DNA of 64,000 nt, from sequence record PZ019085.1; one strand, given 5' to 3'. A program made the position numbers and the translations under genes. Under the pieces are notes generated by a model. That model saw only the letters and a list, made by a program, of their open reading frames with translations. It had not been told where the DNA came from and did no database searches. Positions 17,758 through 26,874 of the stretch are shown here, piece by piece. How positions within the stretch are numbered: the first letter of the stretch is position 1; every line of letters starts with the position of its first letter. Origin of the DNA: a phage.

Positions 17758-18780
17758 ATGGCTGAATGGATAGATAATGAATTTGCTTATCGTGCGTTTT
17801 CTCACCTACCTCGTTTTAGACAAATCAATAATTCAAGCACATTTAAATTAACATTTCGATGTCCAGTTTGTGGCGACTCCCAGACAGATGCAATGAAAGC
17901 TCGCGGATGGTATTATGGCGGTACTCCAGGTAATGTGCATTGCTATAACTGTCAATATCATAATACAATTTCCGGATACTTAAAAGAGTATGATGAAGAG
18001 CTTTATCGCGAATATCTAATGGAAGTTCGTAAAGAAAAAGCTAGAATGGAACCAAAGATTGAAAAGGTTCCTGAAGCTAAGCCGGAGCCAGAGAAAAAGA
18101 CTATAAATTCTTTGCCGTCTTGTTCTCGTCTGGACAAGCTGCCTGAAGAGCATCCTATTGTGAAATATGTTAAGTCTCGGTGTATTCCTAAAGAATCATG
18201 GAACAGATTATGGTTCACATTAGAATGGCCCAAATTGGTCAACAAGATTCAACCTGGTACGTATAAGAAAGAGATTCCCGAACCACGTTTAGTGATTCCT
18301 ATTTTTAATAAAGATGGTAAGGCCGAGTCATTCCAAGGACGTGCACTTCGTAAAGATGCTCCTCAGAAATATATCACTATTAAAGCGTTTGAGTCTGCAA
18401 CAAAAATTTATGGTGTTGAACGTGTTAAGGAAGGGGACGTCTGGGTAATGGAAGGTCCTATTGATAGTTTATTCATACCAAATGCAATCGCTATTACAGG
18501 CGGCTCAATAGATTTAGATGTGGTACCATTTAAAGAACGTCGGGTATGGGTAATGGATAATGAACCTAGGCATCCGGATACTATAGCTCGCATGAAGCGA
18601 TTAGTTGATGCAGGCGAACGTGTCATGTTCTGGGACCGAGCTCCATGGAGATCAAAGGATGTGAATGATATGGTAATGAAAGAAAATGCAACACCACAAG
18701 AAATTTTAGAATACATGAAACAGAATATTTCAAGTGGGTTGCATGCTAAAATGAGATTATCTCGTTATTCGAAGATTTAA
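17758..18780 (+). CDS. 61: DNA primase gp61
   Basis: 340 aa; zinc finger CPVCGDS...CYNC; TOPRIM-like region; colinear with T4 gp61. Confidence 0.9.
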   Translation: MAEWIDNEFAYRAFSHLPRFRQINNSSTFKLTFRCPVCGDSQTDAMKARGWYYGGTPGNVHCYNCQYHNTISGYLKEYDEELYREYLMEVRKEKARMEPKIEKVPEAKPEPEKKTINSLPSCSRLDKLPEEHPIVKYVKSRCIPKESWNRLWFTLEWPKLVNKIQPGTYKKEIPEPRLVIPIFNKDGKAESFQGRALRKDAPQKYITIKAFESATKIYGVERVKEGDVWVMEGPIDSLFIPNAIAITGGSIDLDVVPFKERRVWVMDNEPRHPDTIARMKRLVDAGERVMFWDRAPWRSKDVNDMVMKENATPQEILEYMKQNISSGLHAKMRLSRYSKI

Positions 18781-18974
18781 ACAAGCCCTATAATAGCAAA
18801 AGCTAGGTCAACTACAGTATCCAATGGAACAGAAGGAACCATAACACCATGGGCAACTAACAATGGTGCAATCCCGAAGTTCCATGAAATAATGCCACCT
18901 ACAACTATTGCGGCGATAGCAGTTTTCTTTTTATTGCCTTTAATAGCGTTTATTAACGATGGAAGTTTAAACAT
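18777..18974 (-). CDS. Small two-TM membrane protein encoded antisense to the flanking early genes
   Basis: 65 aa hydrophobic ORF; strong SD AAGGAG 6 nt upstream of its ATG on the minus strand. Confidence 0.5.
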   Translation of the reverse strand: MFKLPSLINAIKGNKKKTAIAAIVVGGIISWNFGIAPLLVAHGVMVPSVPLDTVVDLAFAIIGLV

Positions 18975-19064
18975 AATATCTCCTTAGTTACCTTATTATT
19001 TATTACGCTTTATAAAATTAATGTTAGAATTATCTCTCTTACTACTGAATTGAAAGGAAAAATT

Positions 19065-19586
19065 ATGGCGCACTTTAACGAATGTTCACAACTTATTTCT
19101 GGTGTTGATAAAGCAGAAGAAGCTTATTTTAATGCTCTGATTCATGAAGATAAAGACCCACTGCAGGTAATGCTTGATATGCAGAAATCTTTACAGGTTC
19201 GTCTGGCAAATGACAAGCCTGAATATAACAAACATCCTGATGAATTGGCTACCGCCGGTGATGTTGTTGATTGGCTGCGTAATCAGAAAGATTATATTGA
19301 TGATGAATTCCGTGAACTGCTGACTTCACTTGGCGGTATGAGCAATGGTGAAAAAGCCGCTAGCTCTGTATGGAAGCCGTGGAAAGCACAACATGCTGAA
19401 TATCGTAATCGTCGTATCGATGAACTGTCTCCTGAAGACCAGCTTGAAATTAAATTCGAGATGATTGATATCCTCCACTTTGTTCTGAATATGTTCCAAG
19501 GCCTTGGACTTACTGCTGAAGAAATCTTTAAACTGTATTACCTGAAAAATGCTGAAAACTTCGCACGTCAAGACCGAGGTTACTAA
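19065..19586 (+). CDS. 56: dCTP pyrophosphatase gp56 (MazG-like)
   Basis: MAHFNECSQLISGVDKAEE... matches the T4 gp56 N-terminus; track ORF starts at an upstream TTG. Confidence 0.85.
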   Translation: MAHFNECSQLISGVDKAEEAYFNALIHEDKDPLQVMLDMQKSLQVRLANDKPEYNKHPDELATAGDVVDWLRNQKDYIDDEFRELLTSLGGMSNGEKAASSVWKPWKAQHAEYRNRRIDELSPEDQLEIKFEMIDILHFVLNMFQGLGLTAEEIFKLYYLKNAENFARQDRGY

Positions 19587-19759
19587 TGGCTCGTTTAAAT
19601 AAACGACAGCTTAAGAAAGCCCACAAGAAACGTATTGACCGGCTATTTAAAAATTATGACAAGAAGCTCGTATGTGAGCTCTTATCTAATCAGCTTCAGC
19701 ATGTTAGTCAATTATCAGACCATCTACATATGGTTGATTGGGTTGCAAATGAAACTTGA
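19586..19759 (+). CDS. Hypothetical basic protein (57 aa)
   Basis: ATG overlaps the gp56 stop; below the ORF-track cutoff. Confidence 0.35.
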   Translation: MARLNKRQLKKAHKKRIDRLFKNYDKKLVCELLSNQLQHVSQLSDHLHMVDWVANET

Positions 19760-19973
19760 TTTTTATGCATGGCAAAAAGCCGGGAGACCGGCTAATAAAG
19801 CATTCGGCTCTGATGGATATAATACTAGACTCCACTGGAAATTTAATACTCAAGATGATTATTCTCCGGTAATCATTAATGGTGATGTTGTTATATTAGC
19901 TAAATTCGGATATTTTATTGTCCCGAAGAAATTCATTATAAATACACCTGTAATTAAACAACAAAGGAGTTAA
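19749..19973 (+). CDS. Hypothetical protein (74 aa)
   Basis: Internal ATG of the 19635..19973 track ORF, overlapping the upstream stop. Confidence 0.4.
   Translation: MKLDFYAWQKAGRPANKAFGSDGYNTRLHWKFNTQDDYSPVIINGDVVILAKFGYFIVPKKFIINTPVIKQQRS
19937..19944 (+). promoter_or_regulatory. Late promoter TATAAATA upstream of soc
   Basis: Exact T4 late -10 consensus about 30 nt upstream of the soc ATG. Confidence 0.6.
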
Positions 19974-19975
19974 TT

Positions 19976-20212
19976 ATGGGTGGTTATGTAAACATCAAAA
20001 CCTTTACGCATCCTGCTGGTGAAGGTAAAGAAGTTAAAGGTATGGAAGTTTCTGTACCGTTTGAGATTTATTCAAACGAACATCGGATTGCAGATTCTCA
20101 TTACCAAATCTTTCCATCAGAAAAGGCAGCTTATTCTGATGTCGTTTCTGATGCAGCAACTTGGAAAACTAAGAACGCAGCAATGTTTACCCCTACACCA
20201 GTAAGTGGTTAA
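19976..20212 (+). CDS. soc: Small outer capsid protein Soc
   Basis: YVNIKTF...HYQIFPSEKAAYS matches T4 Soc from memory; late promoter and terminator flank it. Confidence 0.8.
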   Translation: MGGYVNIKTFTHPAGEGKEVKGMEVSVPFEIYSNEHRIADSHYQIFPSEKAAYSDVVSDAATWKTKNAAMFTPTPVSG

Positions 20213-20220
20213 ATAATTTA

Positions 20221-20247
20221 AGGAATCCTTCGGGATTCCTTTTTTTG
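20221..20247 (+). terminator. Intrinsic terminator (AGGAAUCC-UUCG-GGAUUCCU plus U7)
   Basis: Perfect 8-bp stem, UUCG loop, TTTTTTT. Confidence 0.8.
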
Positions 20248-20255
20248 TTTCTACA

Positions 20256-20285
20256 GTTTACAACCACTAAAAACTGTGTTAAGAT
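20256..20285 (+). promoter_or_regulatory. Early promoter (GTTTAC ... TAAGAT)
   Basis: -35 at 20256-20261, -10 at 20280-20285. Confidence 0.45.
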
Positions 20286-20313
20286 ATTCTTACTTACTCA
20301 AGAGGAGAACAAT

Positions 20314-20541
20314 ATGTTAAATCGTTGGATTAAACCTAATAACACATTAGGTGCTTTGATTGCTCAAGAAGTTTCATTAAAGTACGGTCTTGGATATTAC
20401 GATGATGTAGTCGTACACTCATTCATGATGGATGGTGAAGACGTCAAATTTAATGCTGAAATCCGTTGGGATGATGGTGGTGTTCGTTTTGTTCGAGGAA
20501 CAATTAATGCTTACGATACTGAAGAAGTTGTTTTCTGTTAA
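20314..20541 (+). CDS. Hypothetical protein (75 aa)
   Basis: ATG after SD AGAGGAGA; the track ORF start lies inside the promoter. Confidence 0.55.
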   Translation: MLNRWIKPNNTLGALIAQEVSLKYGLGYYDDVVVHSFMMDGEDVKFNAEIRWDDGGVRFVRGTINAYDTEEVVFC

Positions 20542-20555
20542 ACCAGGCGAAGGTA

Positions 20556-20755
20556 TGATGCCTATTCCTGATACACATGAAAAAGGTTGGGAATATATCG
20601 GTGACGGCATGATGGAAGAAGTTGTTCGTCCAAAAACAAAACATGTTAATGCTTCAAGCTCTTCAAGTTATAATCATTCATACGTATCGTCTTGGTCTGG
20701 TGATTCCGGGTCAAGTTATTCTGATTGTGGTTCAAGCTCAGGGAGCTGCGAATGA
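20556..20755 (+). CDS. Hypothetical protein with Ser-rich C-terminus (66 aa)
   Basis: Internal ATG with SD; start uncertain. Confidence 0.35.
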
Positions 20756-20931
20756 ACAAGATAGTTAAATGGTTTAAAAGCTGGGACGATGGTGTCGGTC
20801 CAGAAGATTGGCTGGATGTTCTTGAAGAGAATATGGCTAAAGAATTCCAGAAACATGAAGAAAAGCTCGTCGAAGATGAAGGCGAACGTATTGTAAAACT
20901 TTATATGGGTGAACCATCGAGGAAATTATAA
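20752..20931 (+). CDS. Hypothetical protein (59 aa)
   Basis: ATGA overlap with the upstream stop. Confidence 0.4.
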   Translation: MNKIVKWFKSWDDGVGPEDWLDVLEENMAKEFQKHEEKLVEDEGERIVKLYMGEPSRKL

Positions 20932-21395
20932 TGGATGCTATGCTATTTAAAATGTATTTGCTTGAAGCCAAGTCATTTAAACATATACCAGTGGAAGATA
21001 AGACTCCACTAGAAATAGCTATTCTCATTAATAAAAGTCTAAATAATCCGCAATATATTGTAGAAGAATTCTGTAAATTGCAGATTCCTAAAGGTTACAA
21101 AATTCGTGTAGAGCGAGTTGGAGCTATTACTCGTTCTAAAAATTCTCCGTTTAGTCTTGAAGAAGGCATAAAGGACTTAGGTTATGAATCTACGGAAAAT
21201 GCAGTTTATGTGAATCCTGAAAAGCGTTTAGACTTGTTTGAAAAGCGAGACCATAAGTATTTTGCCAAAAAATACTTTATTACATCATTAGCAGATTTAG
21301 TCCATTTGCAACGTGCTATTTGGAAATTTTTTAAGACAAAAGGTGTAGCACTAGAAACATTCTCTGAACCAGCTAGTTTTTATCTAGGTGAATAA
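20931..21395 (+). CDS. Hypothetical protein (154 aa), at the T4 mrh/srh position
   Basis: ORF; synteny only. Confidence 0.55.
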   Translation: MDAMLFKMYLLEAKSFKHIPVEDKTPLEIAILINKSLNNPQYIVEEFCKLQIPKGYKIRVERVGAITRSKNSPFSLEEGIKDLGYESTENAVYVNPEKRLDLFEKRDHKYFAKKYFITSLADLVHLQRAIWKFFKTKGVALETFSEPASFYLGE

Positions 21396-21396
21396 T

Positions 21397-21576
21397 ATGG
21401 ACCTTATGAGTATGTTTGACGAGCCTGAAGTTGAGGCTCCTAAAGTGCATCGTAGTGAACTTATTGATGAACTAGATAGTATTATACAACGACACGGCTT
21501 TAGTTTACCTGTTGAAGCCCTGAAAGACCTTGCCTCTTATTATGACGACCCGCCACCATGGAGTCCTTGGAAATGA
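21397..21576 (+). CDS. Hypothetical protein (59 aa)
   Basis: First ATG after the upstream stop; track ORF begins at GTG 21388. Confidence 0.45.
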   Translation: MDLMSMFDEPEVEAPKVHRSELIDELDSIIQRHGFSLPVEALKDLASYYDDPPPWSPWK

Positions 21577-21737
21577 AAGAAAAATTTAAAGAGAAATTCT
21601 TACTAGAAATCAAGGAAAAAGACTTTGAGACATGGTACCGAATGGTGAAAGGGTTGACATTGCTTTTTAAAGCGTCCTTATTCATGTTAGAACAACCTGG
21701 TCCTGATGGACCTTTAGTAGGAAAGCTTAAAAAGTAG
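21573..21737 (+). CDS. Hypothetical protein (54 aa)
   Basis: ATGA overlap; below the track cutoff. Confidence 0.35.
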   Translation: MKEKFKEKFLLEIKEKDFETWYRMVKGLTLLFKASLFMLEQPGPDGPLVGKLKK

Positions 21738-21764
21738 TTTACATTCCCTCCTCTCGTGTTATGA
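21736..21764 (+). promoter_or_regulatory. Early promoter (GTTTAC, 17 bp, TATGAT)
   Basis: -35 at 21736-21741, -10 at 21759-21764; downstream inverted repeat GATAGAC/GTCTATC spans the SD. Confidence 0.5.
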
Positions 21765-21792
21765 TAGACTTATCTTTAAATGGAGGTCTATC

Positions 21793-22374
21793 ATGACATG
21801 TCAATCTGAACTTCAAGAACGCGAATACCTAACAAATCTGATTGATAGCAAATTCACCCGCCAAGAACAAAACATTCTCTGGGCTTGCACTGATTCTAAG
21901 GAAGACCCGGATTTCCACTATGAATTAGACCATCTTGTTCGTAAGCATATGACTTCTACAGTACCAGTAGAACTCTACCGTGGTGTAACTCCAGAAGAAA
22001 TAGAACGTCTTTCACTTCTTTCTGTTGGATGCCATTGGTCTCCTGGACGAGTAACATCGTTCACAACTGATTTCAACACAGCTCGTCAATTCTCTGGGAG
22101 TTGGGAATATCAGACGTACACTATTCTTAGTCTCAGGAATGCTCCATTCATTTTTGATTACTACCAAAACATGGTTAACATTGTACTCGCCGGAAAGAAC
22201 CCTAAGCATGTTATGGAAGAAACGCGTGTTGACGTCCTAGATATGATTGAATCTGAACAAGAGTACATGGTCTCAGGTATCTCTAGATTTGAGATTGTGG
22301 AAATTGAAGAGTTAGAGTATGACCCTTTGTCTCGAGTATACAAAATCATTCACTTAAAGATGTTGAATTTTTAG
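21793..22374 (+). CDS. ADP-ribosyltransferase, ModA/ModB family (first paralog)
   Basis: 193 aa; R-S-E-type motifs ELYRG, SFT and EQE; paralogous to the next gene; at the T4 modA/modB position. Confidence 0.6.
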   Translation: MTCQSELQEREYLTNLIDSKFTRQEQNILWACTDSKEDPDFHYELDHLVRKHMTSTVPVELYRGVTPEEIERLSLLSVGCHWSPGRVTSFTTDFNTARQFSGSWEYQTYTILSLRNAPFIFDYYQNMVNIVLAGKNPKHVMEETRVDVLDMIESEQEYMVSGISRFEIVEIEELEYDPLSRVYKIIHLKMLNF

Positions 22375-22403
22375 TGTACAAACTCTACCTACGATGATAC
22401 TAT
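22374..22403 (+). promoter_or_regulatory. Early promoter (GTGTAC ... TACTAT)
   Basis: Degenerate -35, -10 at 22398-22403. Confidence 0.4.
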
Positions 22404-22431
22404 ACTTTTATCAACCACAGGAGAAACCTAA

Positions 22432-23040
22432 ATGTTTATGCCGTATAACGAGTGTGAAATTGAAGAAATGGTTCGTCGTGCTCAAAACCCCGAATATCAA
22501 GATGTATTGCAGTACGAAATTGATAGTCAATTCAGCGACATTGAACAAAGTGTACTATGGCAGTGTATGGAAAACAAGCCAGACTGTATTCAACAGGAGT
22601 TAAGTTCAATCGTTCGTAGAAATTGGACGTCTTCTGTTCCTGAGACAATGTATCGCGGAATCTCTAAGAAAACTATGGCCACACTCGATGATAAAGGCGT
22701 TGGTAGTATTATTAAATTTGACAGAGTAATGAGCTTTAGTCCGGTGTTTGGTGTAGCACGTAACTTCGCTTCATATAATTTTTATGGAACATTTAATATG
22801 TTCTGCATCAAAGATGCACCATTTGCTTTCAACTTCCGTGAACATATGCTTAATATGATTCTGGCTGCACCATCTTGTGAGTTCAATGGAGCTTTCCCTG
22901 AAGCGACAAGACGGTCTAATGCTAGACTTATATCTGACGAATGTGAATTTATGCTCCCTATAGGGACTACACTGCGTGTAGATTCTATTATTCAAGATGG
23001 ACGTTATACAATCTGGAATCTGTCTATTGTCAGTTACTGA
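22432..23040 (+). CDS. ADP-ribosyltransferase, ModA/ModB family (second paralog)
   Basis: 202 aa; MYRG, SFS and ECE motifs; shares the SVLWxC ... DAPFxF pattern with the preceding gene. Confidence 0.6.
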   Translation: MFMPYNECEIEEMVRRAQNPEYQDVLQYEIDSQFSDIEQSVLWQCMENKPDCIQQELSSIVRRNWTSSVPETMYRGISKKTMATLDDKGVGSIIKFDRVMSFSPVFGVARNFASYNFYGTFNMFCIKDAPFAFNFREHMLNMILAAPSCEFNGAFPEATRRSNARLISDECEFMLPIGTTLRVDSIIQDGRYTIWNLSIVSY

Positions 23041-23115
23041 CTGGATTGGAATAACCGGATGGAACTCAGAACCATTATAACACATAAAAAATTAAAGCAT
23101 TTTACGAAAAAAGAG

Positions 23116-23143
23116 TGTACACTACCTGAGGGCATGATATTAT
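23116..23143 (+). promoter_or_regulatory. Early promoter (GTGTAC ... TATTAT)
   Basis: -35-like at 23116-23121, -10 at 23138-23143. Confidence 0.4.
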
Positions 23144-23193
23144 AAGACCTATCAGCTAAATGATCTAACGTCCGTAAGACAGAGGAAAATATT

Positions 23194-23940
23194 ATGTTAT
23201 CAAATAATAAAATTAACAAAATCAATCGTCGTCTTGACCATACCAGAGCTTCTGCGAAGAGACGCTCTAAGGATTTTAACTTAGATTTTAATTACCTTAA
23301 AAACATTCTTGATCAAAAGGTCTGCGCTTACTCAGGTGAATCTTTCAATAACTCTGTTGAAGGTGAGAAATTATCCTTAGAACGTTTTAATAATGATATC
23401 GGCTACATTAAAGGTAATGTTATCCCAGTTAAGAAAAAATATAACACGGCTCGTTCTGATTTAACATTAGAAGAACTTATTGAGAAACGTGATGCCATTG
23501 CAAGACGTATCGCTAATCCTTCTGCCCGTAAAGTAGAGAAACTTAATCTCGACGAGAAGAAATGGACCCAAATTAAAAAGGTTTATGGTACTATTTTAAA
23601 AATACGAGCAAAACGTGAAAATCGTGTTAAGCATATGGCGAACATGATGAAAAATCAACCTTTATCTAACGAATCTAAACTTAGAATTGTTGCTTTGAAA
23701 GCACGCATTAATGGCTCACATCAGGCAGAAGGCCATGAACTTACTAAACTCAACGTTCTTCTTAAAGGCTCTGACTGGAAAACTAAAACTAAATTAACTG
23801 ACGCTGAATCGCTTTTCGATACATATGATAAAGTTATCCAAGGTCTGCAACGTTTTGAAAAGATTGGTTTCATTGGTAAATTAAAATTGAAACGTGGCTT
23901 ACCACTTAGCGCATCATTATTCCAACTGATTAAAGGTTAA
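23194..23940 (+). CDS. Hypothetical basic protein (248 aa), at the T4 srd position
   Basis: Synteny only (between the mod genes and dda); I cannot confirm it by sequence. Confidence 0.5.
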   Translation: MLSNNKINKINRRLDHTRASAKRRSKDFNLDFNYLKNILDQKVCAYSGESFNNSVEGEKLSLERFNNDIGYIKGNVIPVKKKYNTARSDLTLEELIEKRDAIARRIANPSARKVEKLNLDEKKWTQIKKVYGTILKIRAKRENRVKHMANMMKNQPLSNESKLRIVALKARINGSHQAEGHELTKLNVLLKGSDWKTKTKLTDAESLFDTYDKVIQGLQRFEKIGFIGKLKLKRGLPLSASLFQLIKG

Positions 23941-23942
23941 TT

Positions 23943-24254
23943 ATGGTTTATGTATATGCAATAGTTTATCGAGATATGGAAGGATTTACTATCCCGGTTC
24001 CACTTGATGAGCATCGTCCTGCAGTATTTTTTAGAAAGGATATTGCAGATAAAGTTTTCGATACTTTGAAAACACAGTATAAAACAGATTTAAAATTGGG
24101 AGCTCTAAGAATGGTCGAAACTCCGCGTAAGTTCTGGTTTAATAAGCTTGAAATGAAACACGTTAAACTAGATGCGGAGACGCAAAGATTGTATCAACGA
24201 ATCCTGGACACAGGCCGTATTGTTAGTATTCCAATTGCAGGGACTTTACGATGA
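23943..24254 (+). CDS. Hypothetical protein (103 aa), dda.1 position
   Basis: ORF; synteny. Confidence 0.55.
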   Translation: MVYVYAIVYRDMEGFTIPVPLDEHRPAVFFRKDIADKVFDTLKTQYKTDLKLGALRMVETPRKFWFNKLEMKHVKLDAETQRLYQRILDTGRIVSIPIAGTLR

Positions 24255-25564
24255 CATTTGATGATTTGACTGAAGGCCAGAAAAATGCCTTCAACGTTGT
24301 TATGGAAGCTATTAAAGAAAAGAAACATCATGTAACTATTAATGGACCTGCTGGTACAGGTAAAACAACCCTTACTAGATTCATCGTTGAAGCCCTTATT
24401 TCTTCTGGAGAATCAGGTATTATTTTAGCAGCCCCTACACATGCTGCTAAAAAGGTTCTAAGCAAACTTGCAGGTCAAGAAGCATCGACTATTCATAGCA
24501 TTCTTAAAATCAACCCAACCACATACGAAGAAAACGTATTATTTGAACAGAAAAAGGTTCCCGACTTAGCCTTGTGTCGTGTACTGTTATTTGATGAAGC
24601 GTCAATGTGCGACCGTTCTCTGTTTAAAATAATGTTAGCTAGTATCCCTAAATGGTGTACAGTAATTGGAATCGGCGACCGATGCCAGATTCGTCCGGTA
24701 GACCCAGGCGAATCAACTGCGTATCTAAGTCCTTTCTTCACTCACAAAGACTTCGTGCAATGCAACCTTACAGAAGTTAAACGTAGCAATGCACCAATTA
24801 TTGATGTTGCGACTGATATTCGTAACGGCAAATGGATTTACGATAAAGTAGTTGATGGGCACGGTGTTCATGGATATACAGACCTTAAATCGTATATGAT
24901 GAACTATTTTAACGTCGTTAAAACTCCTGAAGACCTTTTCGAAAATCGAATGATGGCATTCACAAATAAGTCGGTGGACAAGTTAAATTCAATTATTCGC
25001 CGAAAACTTCTTGAAACAGAAAAACCATTTATTAAAGACGAAGTCATTGTTCTACAAGAGCCATTTACTAAGACATATAAGCTAGACGGTAAAAATATGA
25101 CCGAAATGCTTTTCAATAATGGGCAATTCGTTCGTATTCGAGACGCCGTAGAAACGTCTACATTCGTTAAAGCACGTGGTGTTTCAGGCGAATATATGAT
25201 ACGATACTGGAATCTTACAGTAGAAACATATGGTGATGATGAAGAATATATCCGCGAAGATATAAAGGTTATTTCTTCTGAAGAAGAGCTTTATAAATTC
25301 AATTTGTTTTTGGCTAAGACCGCAGAAACATACAAATTCTGGAATAAAGGTGGTAAAGCTCCATGGAGCGAATTCTGGGATGCTAAACGTATGTTCACTA
25401 AGGTGAAGGCACTACCGGTATCAACCTTCCATAAGGCCCAGGGTATGTCTGTTGACACGGCCTTTGTTTATACACCGTGTATCCATTATGCCGATTCAGA
25501 ATTAGCTAAACAGTTATTGTATGTCGGCACAACTCGTGGTCGGTTTGACGTCCATTTTATTTGA
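24251..25564 (+). CDS. dda: Dda DNA helicase (SF1B)
   Basis: 437 aa; MTFDDLTEGQKNAFN...GPAGTGKTT colinear with T4 Dda. Confidence 0.95.
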   Translation: MTFDDLTEGQKNAFNVVMEAIKEKKHHVTINGPAGTGKTTLTRFIVEALISSGESGIILAAPTHAAKKVLSKLAGQEASTIHSILKINPTTYEENVLFEQKKVPDLALCRVLLFDEASMCDRSLFKIMLASIPKWCTVIGIGDRCQIRPVDPGESTAYLSPFFTHKDFVQCNLTEVKRSNAPIIDVATDIRNGKWIYDKVVDGHGVHGYTDLKSYMMNYFNVVKTPEDLFENRMMAFTNKSVDKLNSIIRRKLLETEKPFIKDEVIVLQEPFTKTYKLDGKNMTEMLFNNGQFVRIRDAVETSTFVKARGVSGEYMIRYWNLTVETYGDDEEYIREDIKVISSEEELYKFNLFLAKTAETYKFWNKGGKAPWSEFWDAKRMFTKVKALPVSTFHKAQGMSVDTAFVYTPCIHYADSELAKQLLYVGTTRGRFDVHFI

Positions 25565-25573
25565 GAGAAAATT

Positions 25574-26251
25574 ATGAGCACTGATGTTATTATAGATTTT
25601 GAAACATTCGGCAATACATCAAAAGCGGCTGTTATTGACCTTGCGGTTATTGCATATAATTCCGACCCTGAAGTTGTTGAATCATTTGAAGAACTTGTTC
25701 AACGTGGTAAGCGAATTAAATTTAATTTAGCTTCTCAAAAAGGGAAGCGAGTTTTCGCTAAATCCACTATGAAATGGTGGAAAGAACAATCAGCAGAAGC
25801 ACGTAAAAACTTGGCTCCGTCTGAAGACGATGTCACTACGCTTGAAGGCATAAAAATCTTTTTAGATTATTGCCGAGCTAATAAAGTTGACCAATGGAAA
25901 TCACAGATGTGGTGCCGTGGTATGAGCTTTGACTTCCCGATCTTGGTCGATTTGATTCGTGACCTCTATCGTGATGAAGGTGTTCTTGAACCAGATATTG
26001 ATACTGATAAATTAGAACCGGTTAAATTCTGGGCTCAACGCGATATTCGTACGGCAATCGAAGCTTACTCGTTGACACGAGGATTAAGTATGTGTCCATT
26101 ACCAATGGGTACACTAAAAGGATTCGTTGCCCATGATAGTATTCATGATTGTGCTAAAGATATTTTGATGTTAAAATATGCTCAGCGTTATGCGCTTGGT
26201 CTTGAAGATGTCCCTGAGAATCCTGACCCGTTAAGTGTAAAACAGCGATAA
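25574..26251 (+). CDS. dexA: Exonuclease A (DexA, DnaQ-like 3'-5' exonuclease)
   Basis: 225 aa; DFETFG exo motif; position after dda. Confidence 0.85.
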   Translation: MSTDVIIDFETFGNTSKAAVIDLAVIAYNSDPEVVESFEELVQRGKRIKFNLASQKGKRVFAKSTMKWWKEQSAEARKNLAPSEDDVTTLEGIKIFLDYCRANKVDQWKSQMWCRGMSFDFPILVDLIRDLYRDEGVLEPDIDTDKLEPVKFWAQRDIRTAIEAYSLTRGLSMCPLPMGTLKGFVAHDSIHDCAKDILMLKYAQRYALGLEDVPENPDPLSVKQR

Positions 26252-26256
26252 AATCA

Positions 26257-26286
26257 GTTTACAACCAAGGATGGTTGTGGTATAAT
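26257..26286 (+). promoter_or_regulatory. Early promoter (GTTTAC, 18 bp, TATAAT) with spacer hairpin ACAACCA-AGGA-TGGTTGT
   Basis: Consensus -35 and -10; near-duplicate of the promoter at 26815. Confidence 0.6.
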
Positions 26287-26317
26287 CTTTCTATCTTAAC
26301 TAAACAGGAAAAACATT

Positions 26318-26812
26318 ATGAATATCAATACTACGGCTACTTACATCCTGAAAGACGAAAAACAAATCAACTGGTACGGTGCTTCAGTGCGAGCTTATGA
26401 AAAGTTTTGTGAAATTTTAGGTGCCACTCAAGGTAATAGTTTCACTATTGTTAACTTCATCAAACAAGCTGAAGGTCCTTGGTTATTCTTAGAAATTAAA
26501 AATTCATACGGTACAATTTCTACTACCGCCCTTCCAAGCACCGACTTTGAACTGTTGATTGAAGAAGCACCTGTTAAAGATGGTCTCCACTTTGATATGG
26601 ACATCGCTTGTATGTACGGTACTCTGATTAAGCCTATTGAGCCTACTGATTTGTTGTGTAAAGCCGTTTCAATTCGACGTCCGTTCGCAGGTCCAGTGAG
26701 TGGATGGGTAACTGACCAGTGGATTGAAGATGGTGTTGAACTTCTGAACGTAGTTCATGCAGGTGATTTTAGTGTAGTTCCTCGTAGTGCTGTGGTTAAT
26801 ATTCTTAATTAA
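26318..26812 (+). CDS. Hypothetical protein, paralog 1 of a tandem triplet
   Basis: C-terminus GWVTDQWIEDGVELLNVVHAGDFSVVP is shared with the next two genes. Confidence 0.65.
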   Translation: MNINTTATYILKDEKQINWYGASVRAYEKFCEILGATQGNSFTIVNFIKQAEGPWLFLEIKNSYGTISTTALPSTDFELLIEEAPVKDGLHFDMDIACMYGTLIKPIEPTDLLCKAVSIRRPFAGPVSGWVTDQWIEDGVELLNVVHAGDFSVVPRSAVVNILN

Positions 26813-26814
26813 TG

Positions 26815-26844
26815 TTTTACATCCAAGGATGGATGGAGTATAAT
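26815..26844 (+). promoter_or_regulatory. Early promoter (TTTTAC, 18 bp, TATAAT), duplicate of the 26257 promoter
   Basis: Shares the CCAAGGATGG spacer core with the promoter at 26257. Confidence 0.5.
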
Positions 26845-26874
26845 GAATTCAACTTAAACAAAGAGAGAAAAAAT

